Origin: Nemertoderma westbladi
Lineage: Eukaryota > Animalia > Xenacoelomorpha
Length of the DNA stretch: 64,000 nt
Assembly: GCA_032718475.1 (NCBI GenBank)
Contig: JAUCBJ010007821.1
Location: 62,001 to 126,000 of the forward strand
Direction: 5' to 3'
The notes beneath the pieces were generated by a model, which was not told the origin of the DNA, did no database searches, and saw nothing but the letters and a program-made list of their open reading frames with translations. The position numbers were made by a program, and so were the translations under genes. This document shows positions 22,714-34,369 of this stretch, in pieces; within the stretch, counting starts at the first letter, position 1, and each line of letters begins with the position of its first letter.

Positions 22714-25700
22714 ATGTCCCCGCTCTTAATCTCCACAGTTTTCATCGTTCTGGGTCGTTTCGTTGTGGCAGAACCATCCGATCCGCGGGGTAACCCTGCA
22801 ACCCACCCAATACCCGTATTGGACTGGTTTGCGGAACACCCTGTCGCTACCGTTTCGAACTGCCGCGCCGAATCGACGGAGATGTGGTCGACGAGTGGAT
22901 TTAGCCTCTACTGCTCTCGTCGGGGAAGAAGATCTTGGGTCTCCTCTCCACGATCTAGAGGCCTAATCGCTAATCTCTGTCTACTGTCTCTGGCTGGGGA
23001 TATTGAGACCAACCCAGGACCCAGCAGGACGCGGGCCCCGAAGATCAACTGTCCCGTCTGTCAACGAGGAACAAACTCTCGGAGTAAGATCGTCCAATGC
23101 GAGAGTTGTGACACATTTGTACATTTAAAATGTTACCGTAGGAAACGCAGTTATTTATTCTCCACCAGAAACAATCTTGAACCAAGTTTTCTCTGCAATA
23201 GCTGTATTTTTACCGAACTTCCCTTTCATGATACAATTTTAGAATCAGAAACCGACGATTCATTTCTCACATCGCCTCTGCAAACTCCAAGTGATGCTGA
23301 GAGTGAAACTTTTAATTTTTTTAAGAAAAAAGGTCTGCATTTTTTGCACTTAAACGCACGATCTCTGCTTCCAAAACTTTCCGAAATTCGTATTTTAATC
23401 AATAAATCCAACCCAGCAGTTTTAACAATCTCTGAAACTTGGCTCGATGATAGTGTTTCTGATGGAGAAATTTATATTGATAATTACGTAGTTTTACGTA
23501 AGGATAGGGACAGACACGGTGGTGGTGTCTGTACTTACATTCGATGTGATTTAGCTTTTAATCGTAGGGAAGATTTAGAGACTTGTGACGAAGTTTTACT
23601 GGTGGAACTTTTACTTCCTAAAACTAAACCTATTTTAATCGGTACTTTATATCGGCCCCCTAAACAATCAGATTTTTTGCAAAATTTTGAAAATACAATT
23701 TTATGTAATCTTAGGTCAGACTGTGAAATATATTTCTTAGGTGATTTTAATATCTGTTACCATCACAAAGCATCCCCCATCTGTAAACAGTACCAAAGTA
23801 TTTTAAATTTGTTTGGTTTAAAACAAATTATTCGAGATTCTACCAGAATTACCAGTAAAACTTCTACTTTACTAGATCACATCCTTTGTAATAATACCGA
23901 TATTATTTCTCAATCTGGGGTTTTACCTATAGGTCTAAGCGATCATTTTATAGTTTTTTGCACAAGAAAGACACACAAATCTTTTTTCGGGGATCATAAA
24001 ACAGTAACAGTTAGGTCTATGAAAAATTACAGCAAGGAACGCTTTTTAAGTTTGTTAGTTAATTCTGACTGGGAACCCTGTTTTAAGGCCGCTGACATTA
24101 ACCTTGCGTACACTGTTTTTAAAGATATATTTTTAAAGGCTCTTAATACTGTAGCACCAATTAAAGAAATTAGTCTTAAACAACGCACTGAGCCCTGGAT
24201 GACCTCGGGTATTCTTAGTAATATCAGAGAAAGAGATAACTATTTGTATAAATTTAGGAAATACCGTGTTTTAGCTGATTATAATAATTACTGCAAATAT
24301 AGAAACCTTGTCCAACGGGAAATAAAAAAAGCTAAATCTGAATATTTGTACAACAAAATAAGTGAGAATAAAGATAATCCTAAAAGTCTATGGTCTACCC
24401 TAAAATCTTTAGGTTATAAAAACCTTAAATCTAAATCGAATATTGTTCTGCAAGATAACGGTGAGCTGATTCATGATCATACTCTAGTTAGTAATTTATT
24501 TAATAATTATTTTACTAATGTTGCCTCTAATTTAGTTAAGAAATTACCGTTATCAAGTAATAAATATAGTATAGGGTCCGAAACTCTAAATAATTTTTAT
24601 TTAGAAAAGTTACAAAATTCAGAAAAGTTATTTTTAAAACCCGTTTCTGAGGATTTCGTTTTTAAAAATCTACTTAGCCTATCAGCCTCAAAAAGTACCG
24701 GTCTAGATCTAATACCTGCCCGTTTTCTTAAGGATGGTGCTGAAGTACTTAAAGTGCCTATTACTTTTATTATTAATTACTCTATCGTAGATAATGTAGT
24801 ACCAGACGAACTGAAATTAGCTAAGGTTGTTCCTCTGTATAAAAAGAATAGTAAAGTAGAACCCTGTAATTACAGACCTGTTAGTATCTTAAGTATTGTA
24901 TCTAAAATTCTAGAACGTTCTGTTTTTCTACAGCTGGAGGCACATCTTAGTAGGCTAAATCTGATCTATGAACTTCAGTCCGGTTTTCGTAAATCATATT
25001 CTACAGACACCTGCCTTATTAACTTAACTGATACAATTAGATGTAATAACGCAAAGGGTTTATATACTGGTATGGTAATGTTGGACCTACAAAAGGCTTT
25101 CGATACTGTAGATCACGAAATTCTGCTTGGTAAGTTAGGCCTGATGGGTATAGGTTCTATAGACTGGTTCAAGTCCTACCTGTCAGACAGAGGTCAAACT
25201 GTAGTCATTAGCAAATCGCTGTCTACTGTACAAGAGATTACCTGTGGTGTACCGCAAGGTAGTATATTAGGTCCTCTGCTTTTTGTATGCTATGTAAATG
25301 ATATGATAAGTAGTATAGATCCCGATTTTAAACTGATTTTATATGCCGACGACAGTGCTCTTATTTTCTCTCATAAAGATCCTATCCATATTTCCCAAAA
25401 GTTAAGTGCAGTTCTAGAATCCTGTAATGAGTGGTTGGTTGATAATAAGCTATCCATTCACTACGGTAAAACTGAAAGTATTTTGTTTGGTTCCAAAAGA
25501 AAGTTAAAGAAGGTAACTAAGTTTGAAGTCACTAGTAATGGACATAAGATTGAAAATAAAAAGGAAGTTAAATATTTAGGCGCCACATTGGATAACTGCT
25601 TATCAGGAGAAAGTACAGTGAAAAATATTTTCTCGAAAGTTAACAGTAGGCTTAGGTTTCTATACAGAAATAAAAATAGTTTGAACACCGACTCCCGCAA

Positions 25701-26170
25701 GTTACTTTGCTCTTCTTTAATACAGTGTCACATGGACTATGCGTGCTCTTCTTGGTATGAAGGCTTAACCAAACAGCTTAAATGTAAATTACAAGTAGCT
25801 CAGAATAAAGTAGTACGATTTATTAAAGACTACAAACCTAGGCACCACCTAACTCCAGATTAAGCAGCTACGCCTTAACCATGTGCATAAAGTGTATAAT
25901 GGTAAATGTCCCAATTACCTAAAACAAAAATTCAACAGAGTACGCGATACACACTCTTACAGTACCAGAGCTAGTGCTTCAAACTTCTACCTCCCGAATT
26001 GTAAATCCTTTGAATCTGATACTTTCTTTTTTAACGGCATAAAAAATTGGAACGCTCTGCCTAATGAAATTAAAAACCTAAATAATCAACATTCTTTTAA
26101 ATCTGCAGTTAAATCTCATCTCCGTGTGCAATGTAAAAATAGGTACAATAGTCCTACAGTAAGTTATTAG
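22714..26170 (+). pseudogene. CR1/L2-group LINE ORF: 2A-like motif, PHD finger, AP endonuclease and reverse transcriptase; broken near the C-terminus
   Basis: GDIETNPGP; CxxC..CxxC..HxxC..CxxC; LNARSL, SETWL, GDFN, LDH, SDH; [35 protein letters not shown]; stop at 25861-25863 with the C-terminus continuing to 26170. Confidence 0.93.
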
Positions 26171-26509
26171 TTTATTAATTATTTACTATTTATACTGTAA
26201 TTACGTTTTATATTAAATTATTCTGTACATTACATCTTTATCGTTGAGTCGGGCATTGTCACGCTCTCGGTAAAGTTGTACATGTACATAGTGTAATTAC
26301 GTTTTATATTGGTTTTAGGTTAGCGTAGTGTAATATTGTATTTGTAACCAAGTAACATAAAGGACCCCCTTGGAAATAAGCTGCAAAGCTTTAGGGGTAA
26401 TCCTATATGTTATGTTGGACAATACCTTTATACCGGTACATTGTTTGGTGTATTTGTTATTGTTTTTACATAATGTATAAATAAATCTATCTATCTATAA
26501 TCTATCTAT
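26171..26509 (+). other. LINE 3' UTR with stem-loop and (TCTA)n tail
   Basis: GGACCCCCTT...AAGCTGCAAAGCTT...AGGGGTAATCC hairpin at ~26362-26403; AATAAA followed by TCTATCTATCTAT. Confidence 0.75.
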
Positions 26510-27239
26510 GTGACTAAAATTAGTGAAGGTCGGCAGATCGGTGTGCAGCATTGTGCAGTAGTGTGCATGATTGTGACTGATAACAAAGCATCTCCTAAAG
26601 AATGCGCTTTATACGTGAATCCATAGCCATCCCGTTGTGTCTAGTATAAGTCATAACTCTTTTTACATATTTAGAGCGCCACGTCCTAAAGGAACTGTTA
26701 ATATTTCCCCAAAGTGAATAATATTTGTCAGAAATTATATATTAACAATCAGTCGAATAATACAGTAGGCCTACACCGCAATAAGGTCAAAGCTTCCGAA
26801 TCCAGTCTCCCGGGTATATCCAGCGGGTGAATGGTCGCGCATAGACTGGCTTCGGCTAATGTAGTGTATCAAATACTCGTCATAGGCTAAAGTCGATTTA
26901 TAATCTAGAAGACACCTAAATTTGGCAGGTTAAACTGCTAAAGGTCTGAAAGCGCGAACAATAACAGTTATTGCTTCTGTATTGCAGTAGGCAATAAAGC
27001 TGAAGTACCGGTCAACCGGTACCCAGTAGGCCTGACTGTCTAACTACCCGAACCGGTACTTACAGCAGTACAGGTACAGCAGTATTATTCGATTTTGATA
27101 ATTATATACCGGTAGGTCTTAATAAGTAATCGGGGACGCCTGGTTTTTATTGGGATTTTACTTAGGCCTATTTCTGTCAGTTTTATTTATTTGTAGGCCA
27201 ATATTGAGCAGAAGGCGTGTAAGCCTGCTCAGATTGTAC

Positions 27240-27820
27240 AGATAATTTGTAGGCTGGATTGTTGTCTGACTGTTGTTAAGTCTGAAGAGATTGCGGTGTG
27301 TGTAGAGTGTATGTCCGATAAAGTACTAGTTAGGAATGTAGGGGCTTCCAGTGCTGTGAGGTAAATCCCCTCGAAAGAATAAGTCGTACTACTCAGTTAG
27401 AACGCATACTAACTAACCATTTCGGAGTCTGCATATACTGTAGTTTGTTTGGGCTTGATAGTAGTCTGCCAGCCTTTGGTCTGTATTTTGTATGTGTAGT
27501 CTGTACGGGTAGCGTAATATTTCTTATTTAGATAATTTGTAGGCTGGATTGTTGTCTGGCTGTTGTTAGGTCTGAAGAGATTTCGGTGTGTGTAGAGTGT
27601 ATATCCGATAAATTGCTAGTTAGGAACGTAGGGGCTTCCAGTGCTGTGAGGTAAATCCCCTCGAAAGAATAAGTCGTACTACTCGGTTAGAACGCATACT
27701 AACTAACCATTTCGGAGTCTGCATATACTGTAGTTTGTTTGGGTTTGATAGTAGTCTGCCAGCGTTTGGTCTGTATTTTGTTTGAGTAGTCTGTACGCGT
27801 AGCGTAATATTTATTATTCA
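27240..27820 (+). repeat. Tandem duplication, 2 x 290 bp, upstream of the Pao gag
   Basis: GATAATTTGTAGGCTGGATTGTTGTCTG at 27241 and 27531, with near-identical downstream sequence. Confidence 0.92.
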
Positions 27821-29150
27821 GAGTTTATGCGATTATTCGCAACATTCATATCCCCAAGTTTATTCATACAGTAATTGTGCTTGTTGTACATACCGTTATA
27901 GTTAAATTAACCCCGGTACTACATCAGGGCTGCTTGGCGTAGGTAAAGACTGGTGATTTTGTGCCCCGGTCACTCCAGCAGATACCGTGGTTCTTTTAGC
28001 TGTACAAGTATTTCTAACTGCTGATTATTTGTTGTATAAGTACTTGTACCTAATTTAGGGTTTAGTGTACAATGCTTTCCGAAGGTAATTAGTGTGTAGG
28101 CAGTATATTTGTGTTGTAAAGTGGTTAATAGGCACGTTGGTTCTGGTAGACCGCGGTAATTAACTTCTAGGTAGGAACACTCCGTGATACATAACGTAGT
28201 ACTTATAGCGATACGGCTATAAGTCGTCAGACGGTGGTATTTTTCCTATCTGGACAACGCAGTATATTTACTACTGCTTTGTTATTTTCAAATACCGTAG
28301 TACCCTGTCCGTTGTAATAACCAGATATTCTAACCCTTTGTTAGGCTGGTTTGTAGACTTCTTGTAAAATTACCCTAAAAATTCGTACGTGTAATTTTTG
28401 TGTTTATTTAGAGATTGTAATCTCACCCCGAATTGTACGTAATTTGTAGTATTAAGTAACTTAGGTAAATTAGAATTATTTGTTTTAGTGTCCAACAAGT
28501 AGCACTTCACTGAGAGCGTACTGCTTCTGTGTAGTGACTCCTTCCCAGAAATAATAACATTTATTTCAAATATTGACAAAACCCATTATACGGGTATATA
28601 TATATTATAAATCAACTCAAACCGATTTATAAAATAGTAGGCCTGTCTTACAACAATTAGGTCTTAATGTCAGTTGGACTACTGCTTAAATAACGGTAAT
28701 CAAGTAAAGTAAAGTAACCAAGTAACCCCTAAAAGTCAGAAATTCAATTATTCTAAAATAATTGACATACCGGTATTTACAATAGGCTTATTATATTTAT
28801 TTCTATCAATTTAGGCTGAAATTATACCGGTATTCTGTAATTAATTCTAGTCCATAATTATACTTATATATATTATAAGTGTAAGCTGTATACCGGTATT
28901 CACGATAGGCCTATTATATATTTATATATATTTGTGCTGAAATTACATACCGGTATTCTGTGACAAATCTAGTCTGTAATAATACTTATATATATACTAT
29001 AAGCATACCGGTATTCTAATATATTATATATATATCACGTTACATAGAGTAATGATATCGGTAATTAATTACTAGGCTAATGGTGATACTGAATCACTAG
29101 ACTTGCTTAAACTGTAATATAGCAGTCGGCATTCAACTGTACAAACAAAC

Positions 29151-32100
29151 ATGTCTGACACAAAGCAAAACCTGTCAGACAGTCTCCTAGATACAACTAT
29201 CTGTGATCCAGATAGGAGTGTGGAACGTGTGAGACCGAAGTTCAACTCACCTCCTACTGTAAGAAAGATCATCCCTCCAGTAGTAATATCAGACCCTAGG
29301 CTAGTCCAACACCGTAGGTCTATCATAGGCACTCGAGCTCAGGTCAAGCGGGACCAAGAAGCAGTGGAACAGCAGCAACACTCGAGCCAAGAACTTATTT
29401 CTCAGCGGCCCGACAGCTCCAGTAGCGCGGATACTGTAGAGCTGACACCCGAGCGTGGAGCTAAGATGGCAGATGCGGTTTATTCGGATCCCCTTCTCAT
29501 CCTTCCTGCAGCCGTACTCACTAGGGTATTGATTGCGGTGGAGGAACACCAGATTGATTGGGCGAGAAGTAAGCGATCGACCAAGGATAGTTATGCGGGA
29601 TACACAAGGGGAGAACTGAAGTCTATTGTCGAGTCGCAATGGAACTTCCCCGGACCCGGACTCCCGTTTGACTTATCGGAAGCTGCCTGGGAAGACATAC
29701 ACAGGATGGGAGTGACAAAGGAAACCAGCGATCCAGCTGTGTGGAAGAGGTCAGCAGCAGGATACGTACAGGGATTCTTCAGCTCTATGGAGCGATTAAA
29801 GGAACAACTGTTTCGACAACCCCAAGGACCTCAAGAGCAGGGAGAGCTGCTTTATCAAGTTAGAGAAAGAATTCTACGAATCAGACTAATCTTATTGGCC
29901 TTTGAGGAGGCTTCAAAAAGAAGACAAGACACGTCGTTGCAAGTTGCCGTAAAGACTTGGTTTCAGCGGTTAAGTCTCCAAGTTCAAGGAACTGCACAGT
30001 GGAAATCTCAGCTGGCTGAGCGCTCAACCCATGGAGAATCAACAGATGCTACATTTTCCCAAGTGGAAAGTGAAGCGGCGGCAGAGAAACCGCATGAGAG
30101 GGACGCTATTGACATCTATCTGTCAGACTATCAACGATTTATAGGTGACGAAGAGTTGAGGAGACGGCTGTCTGGACTTAGCCCTAATAGTGAAGGAGCC
30201 AAGCTTGTGTTGGACGCAATCGATGCGGATATGATAGCTGCGAACCAAGCTAAATTTGATGAAAGGCTCCGCATCGCTAGGGTCCAAGAAGAACAAGTCA
30301 AGAAAAAACGTATAGAAGACAGAAAGACAGCAGCAGCGGCAATGGCAGCGGCAGAAGCGGAAAGAAAGGCGGCAGAGGCAGCGGCAGAGGCAAAAGCGGC
30401 AGCGGCAGAGGCAAAAGCGGCAGCGGCAGAATCGGAAAGAAAGATAGCAGTGGCAGAAGCAGAACGAAGAGCATCTGAAGAGACCACCCAACTAGAATTG
30501 GAAAATATTCAAGAGAATCAAGACTGCATAAATAAACAGTTAACAGCTAGTCAAATGCAGATGATGAGTCGATCTACTCCCAAAAGGCAGGGATTTACAT
30601 CATCTGATGAAGGCGATACCACCGATCCTGAAGGCGGAGGAAATAGATCTCGTCTAAGTAGGCGTAGAAGAATGTCCCACCGTCAGAAATTGCCTGATTT
30701 GCCCCCAGCTGTTAGAAGGCAACTAACTAACACAGACTTAGGTAGTACAGAACCCACAGACCAAATAATTAAAATAGAAAGACTCCCTACTATAGTAGAT
30801 GAGCCTGAAATAATTAGGCCTGTTCTCGAAGCCACCCCTTCGGTGATAGAGACACCTGTACTCCCAGAACCTATCTCTAAATTCCCCTTGCATAGCACTA
30901 AGCTACCTGTGCCTAGCAGAACAGCCCATGAGACAGTTCCTGTTCTGGACTCCGAGCGAAATATCAATGATTTGTCGCCCGTTGTCCCCCGTCCACTCGC
31001 TACTACGTTGGCGGCTCCCACTTCGGCGGTCGAGTGGGTGGATGAGAGACGGCGGGGGATGGATCTCCTGCTCGGGCAGATGCAGGAGACTGTTCAGCAG
31101 TTCAAGGGCACAGTAAGGGAAAGTAGGTTAGAGTTGCAAGAAGTGCAGCAAAGTATCGCGTTAGAACGCGATAAATTAGTAAATACACAAAAGGGTATAC
31201 CACCACCCCCTGTAACAATGTGTCAACCTGTTAGGTCTGAAGTATTTCATGCGCAAGGTGTGGAGCCTACACGCATCTATACTGCTAGTGAAGTGGAAAC
31301 TCCTATAGTAAACACTATTAAGGGTAATTATAAACCTGTTGACAATGATATTCCATATAGACTTGATAATAATCCGAGAAATTTATATACCGATAACTCG
31401 ATATTAAATAACACGATGGCCCAAGAAAGTTTTACGCGTCAAATGGCTAGAACCGAAGCGCGTCAAGCGGTAAAGGTGGGAGAGATCGTCAAGTTCAATG
31501 GAGATGAGATGAAATGGTTACCTTTCAATGAATATTACAAAGATAACATACAGAACTCTGTGCTATCTAACGGAGAGAAACTTAGATTCCTCATCGAGTG
31601 CTTGGAAGGATCTCCCAAGTTAATGGCGTTAAAGTTTATTGGACATCCAGATGGATTAAGACAAGTTTGGGATACCCTAAACATCAGGTATGGTAATAGG
31701 AATAACATAGCTAGGTATTTGTATGCAAAATTGGTAGCCCCCCGAAAGTTCATTATCAGCGGGATTATAGAGTTTTCCGACGAGATTCAAGAGATCTGTA
31801 GACAATTAGATTGGCTAGGTAAGTCTCATGAATATCAGAGTTCTATGGTTATTGGAGCCGTGGCCTCTACTTTACCTAAGGGTGGAGTAGGCACACGCTG
31901 GGATAAGAAAGTGTTATATATGATGGAACATCAAAGACGAGACCCTACCATGGCTGATCTCATGTCATTCTTAGATGGAGAAGTAAAATTACAGCTCCTA
32001 AAGCAGTCCAGAGAGAAGACACCGGAAAACAAGGTAAGTGAGAAACCCGTTTCTAGGAGAAAAGTAACACCAGTGTGTTATACCGACGACGGCGAAAGCC

Positions 32101-33332
32101 AGGCTTCTCAAGAAGAAGACAGCGGGAAAGACACTGAAAGATCTTATTATGTCAATAAAACGCCTAAAGACATAAGTAAATTCAAGTCTCGAAACAATGA
32201 CAGGAGAGAACAGTTAAGAAAAACTCTTCCTACGTCTCCTAAGAGAATTCAGTTAAGAAAGCCCGAAGAAAGAACGAGTGTGCACAATGTTACTCAAAAT
32301 AAGTTAAGTAATATCAAACCGAAATGTGCGCTATGTGACGGGACCCACCGTTTGAATGTGTGTGATGAATTCCTAAAGAAATCATTAAAGGATAGACGGG
32401 AAGTCATGTGGGATAAGCGGTTGTGTTATAATTGCCTCAGACAAGGACACCAACGGCGAACCTGTTACTCCGACGCAAGGTGTGCGAAGTGCGGCGCAAA
32501 ACATCATCTCTTGTTGCACACTGAATTCGAACGAAACAGCCCGAGTCAGGTAAGTGATTCCGAACTACATGTCCAATTCAGTGATGTGAACGACACTGAC
32601 CAAAGTTCTGAGATGGAAGGATTCTATACGGATGAATTCTCCGACGAAGATGAATCCTGTTACATGATAAATACCGCAGTGTATCGAGCGCTTACTTATG
32701 AAAAAGACACAGACAGCGACCTCACCCTAACTACTTCTGACCAACAACCATCTTGGAAGGCACCAACTTCCAATGTAGGAATCCGAGAATTTCCTGTAGT
32801 ACAGTTAAGGGTCCACGGACCTAAAAGGAGTTATATAGTGAACGCCCTCCTTGACTCCGGTAGCACAGGAACATTCATCGACAAAGAACTAGCCGAAGAC
32901 ATCTTTGCTGGACAACCCAAGTTCCGAACTAAGTTAAACATGTCAGGAATTATGCAGGTTTGGAAATCTACAGTAATAGCGGATTATTATGTAGGTGCGT
33001 TGTCCACCCCCCAGGATGAACTAGGAGAACATAGTATAAGGTCAGTAAAAATGGTGGCGATAAAGAACTTCGCTACCAGCCAAGTAGAACCTTATAACTG
33101 GGATGAGGACGATTCCACCCAGCAGCTTAATATACCTAGATTCAACACAGATTACCCTGGAGTGCAAATACTCATCGGCCAAAATGCGCATGAAGCGCTT
33201 GAGACATTGGAGAAACGGCCTGCTCAACCGCAACCATTACAAGTCTATGCGGGAAGAACTAGAGTAGGTTGGTACTTTACTGGCCCTTCCCCTTCCCCTT
33301 CCCCTTACCAAAAGAACAAGTATATCAATTAA
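29151..33332 (+). CDS. BEL/Pao gag-protease ORF (1393 aa)
   Basis: DUF1759-like KFNGDEMKW..F..KLRFLIECLEG..L..RYG; three Zn knuckles (CALCDGTH, CYNCLRQGH, CAKCGAKHH); aspartic protease ALLDSGSTGTFI; Ala/Glu coiled coil. Confidence 0.9.
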   Translation: MSDTKQNLSDSLLDTTICDPDRSVERVRPKFNSPPTVRKIIPPVVISDPRLVQHRRSIIGTRAQVKRDQEAVEQQQHSSQELISQRPDSSSSADTVELTPERGAKMADAVYSDPLLILPAAVLTRVLIAVEEHQIDWARSKRSTKDSYAGYTRGELKSIVESQWNFPGPGLPFDLSEAAWEDIHRMGVTKETSDPAVWKRSAAGYVQGFFSSMERLKEQLFRQPQGPQEQGELLYQVRERILRIRLILLAFEEASKRRQDTSLQVAVKTWFQRLSLQVQGTAQWKSQLAERSTHGESTDATFSQVESEAAAEKPHERDAIDIYLSDYQRFIGDEELRRRLSGLSPNSEGAKLVLDAIDADMIAANQAKFDERLRIARVQEEQVKKKRIEDRKTAAAAMAAAEAERKAAEAAAEAKAAAAEAKAAAAESERKIAVAEAERRASEETTQLELENIQENQDCINKQLTASQMQMMSRSTPKRQGFTSSDEGDTTDPEGGGNRSRLSRRRRMSHRQKLPDLPPAVRRQLTNTDLGSTEPTDQIIKIERLPTIVDEPEIIRPVLEATPSVIETPVLPEPISKFPLHSTKLPVPSRTAHETVPVLDSERNINDLSPVVPRPLATTLAAPTSAVEWVDERRRGMDLLLGQMQETVQQFKGTVRESRLELQEVQQSIALERDKLVNTQKGIPPPPVTMCQPVRSEVFHAQGVEPTRIYTASEVETPIVNTIKGNYKPVDNDIPYRLDNNPRNLYTDNSILNNTMAQESFTRQMARTEARQAVKVGEIVKFNGDEMKWLPFNEYYKDNIQNSVLSNGEKLRFLIECLEGSPKLMALKFIGHPDGLRQVWDTLNIRYGNRNNIARYLYAKLVAPRKFIISGIIEFSDEIQEICRQLDWLGKSHEYQSSMVIGAVASTLPKGGVGTRWDKKVLYMMEHQRRDPTMADLMSFLDGEVKLQLLKQSREKTPENKVSEKPVSRRKVTPVCYTDDGESQASQEEDSGKDTERSYYVNKTPKDISKFKSRNNDRREQLRKTLPTSPKRIQLRKPEERTSVHNVTQNKLSNIKPKCALCDGTHRLNVCDEFLKKSLKDRREVMWDKRLCYNCLRQGHQRRTCYSDARCAKCGAKHHLLLHTEFERNSPSQVSDSELHVQFSDVNDTDQSSEMEGFYTDEFSDEDESCYMINTAVYRALTYEKDTDSDLTLTTSDQQPSWKAPTSNVGIREFPVVQLRVHGPKRSYIVNALLDSGSTGTFIDKELAEDIFAGQPKFRTKLNMSGIMQVWKSTVIADYYVGALSTPQDELGEHSIRSVKMVAIKNFATSQVEPYNWDEDDSTQQLNIPRFNTDYPGVQILIGQNAHEALETLEKRPAQPQPLQVYAGRTRVGWYFTGPSPSPSPYQKNKYIN

Positions 33333-34325
33333 GTGAATGGGAAGTGGAGAGCAGTGAAGTTGACGACCCAACTGAGGGAACACCATACTCCTCGGATAAT
33401 GACGATATCCATCAGCTCTTCGACGAAGAGAATACAATCGATATCCTTACGGAAAACGAGACTTGGCAAAACCAAGTGAACCTATGTCAAGTCATTCGTC
33501 CATCAGGACAAGTCAACTATAACGACGAACTGAATGACGTAATCGAGAGATATAACGCGAAAACTCGAGATGAACACGCCGTACGATTCTTTACTCAAGA
33601 GGCTGTGGAGCCCAATTCCTACGATAAGGCCCTATCGGTAGAAGAAGAAAGAGCCAAGCAGATCCAGGAGACAACTACACGTTTTCTTAAAGATCAAGGT
33701 AGATATGAAATCGGTCTCCCATTCCGAAAGCGAGAACCGAAATTCATAAACAACCGACCCTTGGCGGAGAAAAGAATTGCTCAACTACATCGACGCCTTA
33801 CGGCAAATGCTTCAGCTAAAGAAATGTATCAGACTCAGTTGAAGAAATTTATTAATAAGGGATATGCGGAGCGAGTACTGGAAGGAACACCCCTAACTGA
33901 AAGAACGTACTATTTAACACATCATTACGTTCCCAAACCCGGTAAACCTCATGAGGTACGAGTAGTATTCGACGGCTCCGCCCTCTACATGGACCAATCC
34001 CTTAATTCCGAGTTGTTACCAGGACCCAACTTACTCCAATCCTTGTTGGGAATACTCTTAAGATTACGGCAATATTCAATCGCTTTCGCCTCCGATATAG
34101 AGGGCATGTTCTTACAAGTCAAGGCGCTAGATAGGGATCGAGACAGCCTACGATTTCTGTGGTGGCCTGAAGGAGACCTCAACCAGAAACCGGTGGAGTA
34201 TTGGATGACCATCCAGGCTTTTGGGATCATCTCAAGCCCTTCAAGCGCCTGCTCAGTGGTGCGCACCACTGCTGATGACAACCGGGACGCCTTCTCAAAG
34301 GAGGTGATTGACAACATCAAACGGG
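33333..34325 (+). mobile_element. BEL/Pao RT N-terminal part (frameshifted from gag-PR, truncated before YVDD)
   Basis: GRYEIGLPF, YYLTHH, VRVVFDGS, SLNSELLPGPNL, DIEGMFLQV, LRFLW, FGIISSP. Confidence 0.9.
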
Positions 34326-34369
34326 ATATATACATATATTGGTATTACATATATTGGTATATATTGGTA

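Noticed and set aside
33280-33332. Programmed -1 frameshift between protease and RT
   Set aside because: No canonical X XXY YYZ heptamer; a (CCCCTT)n slippage mutation is simpler, and BEL/Pao elements usually have a single ORF
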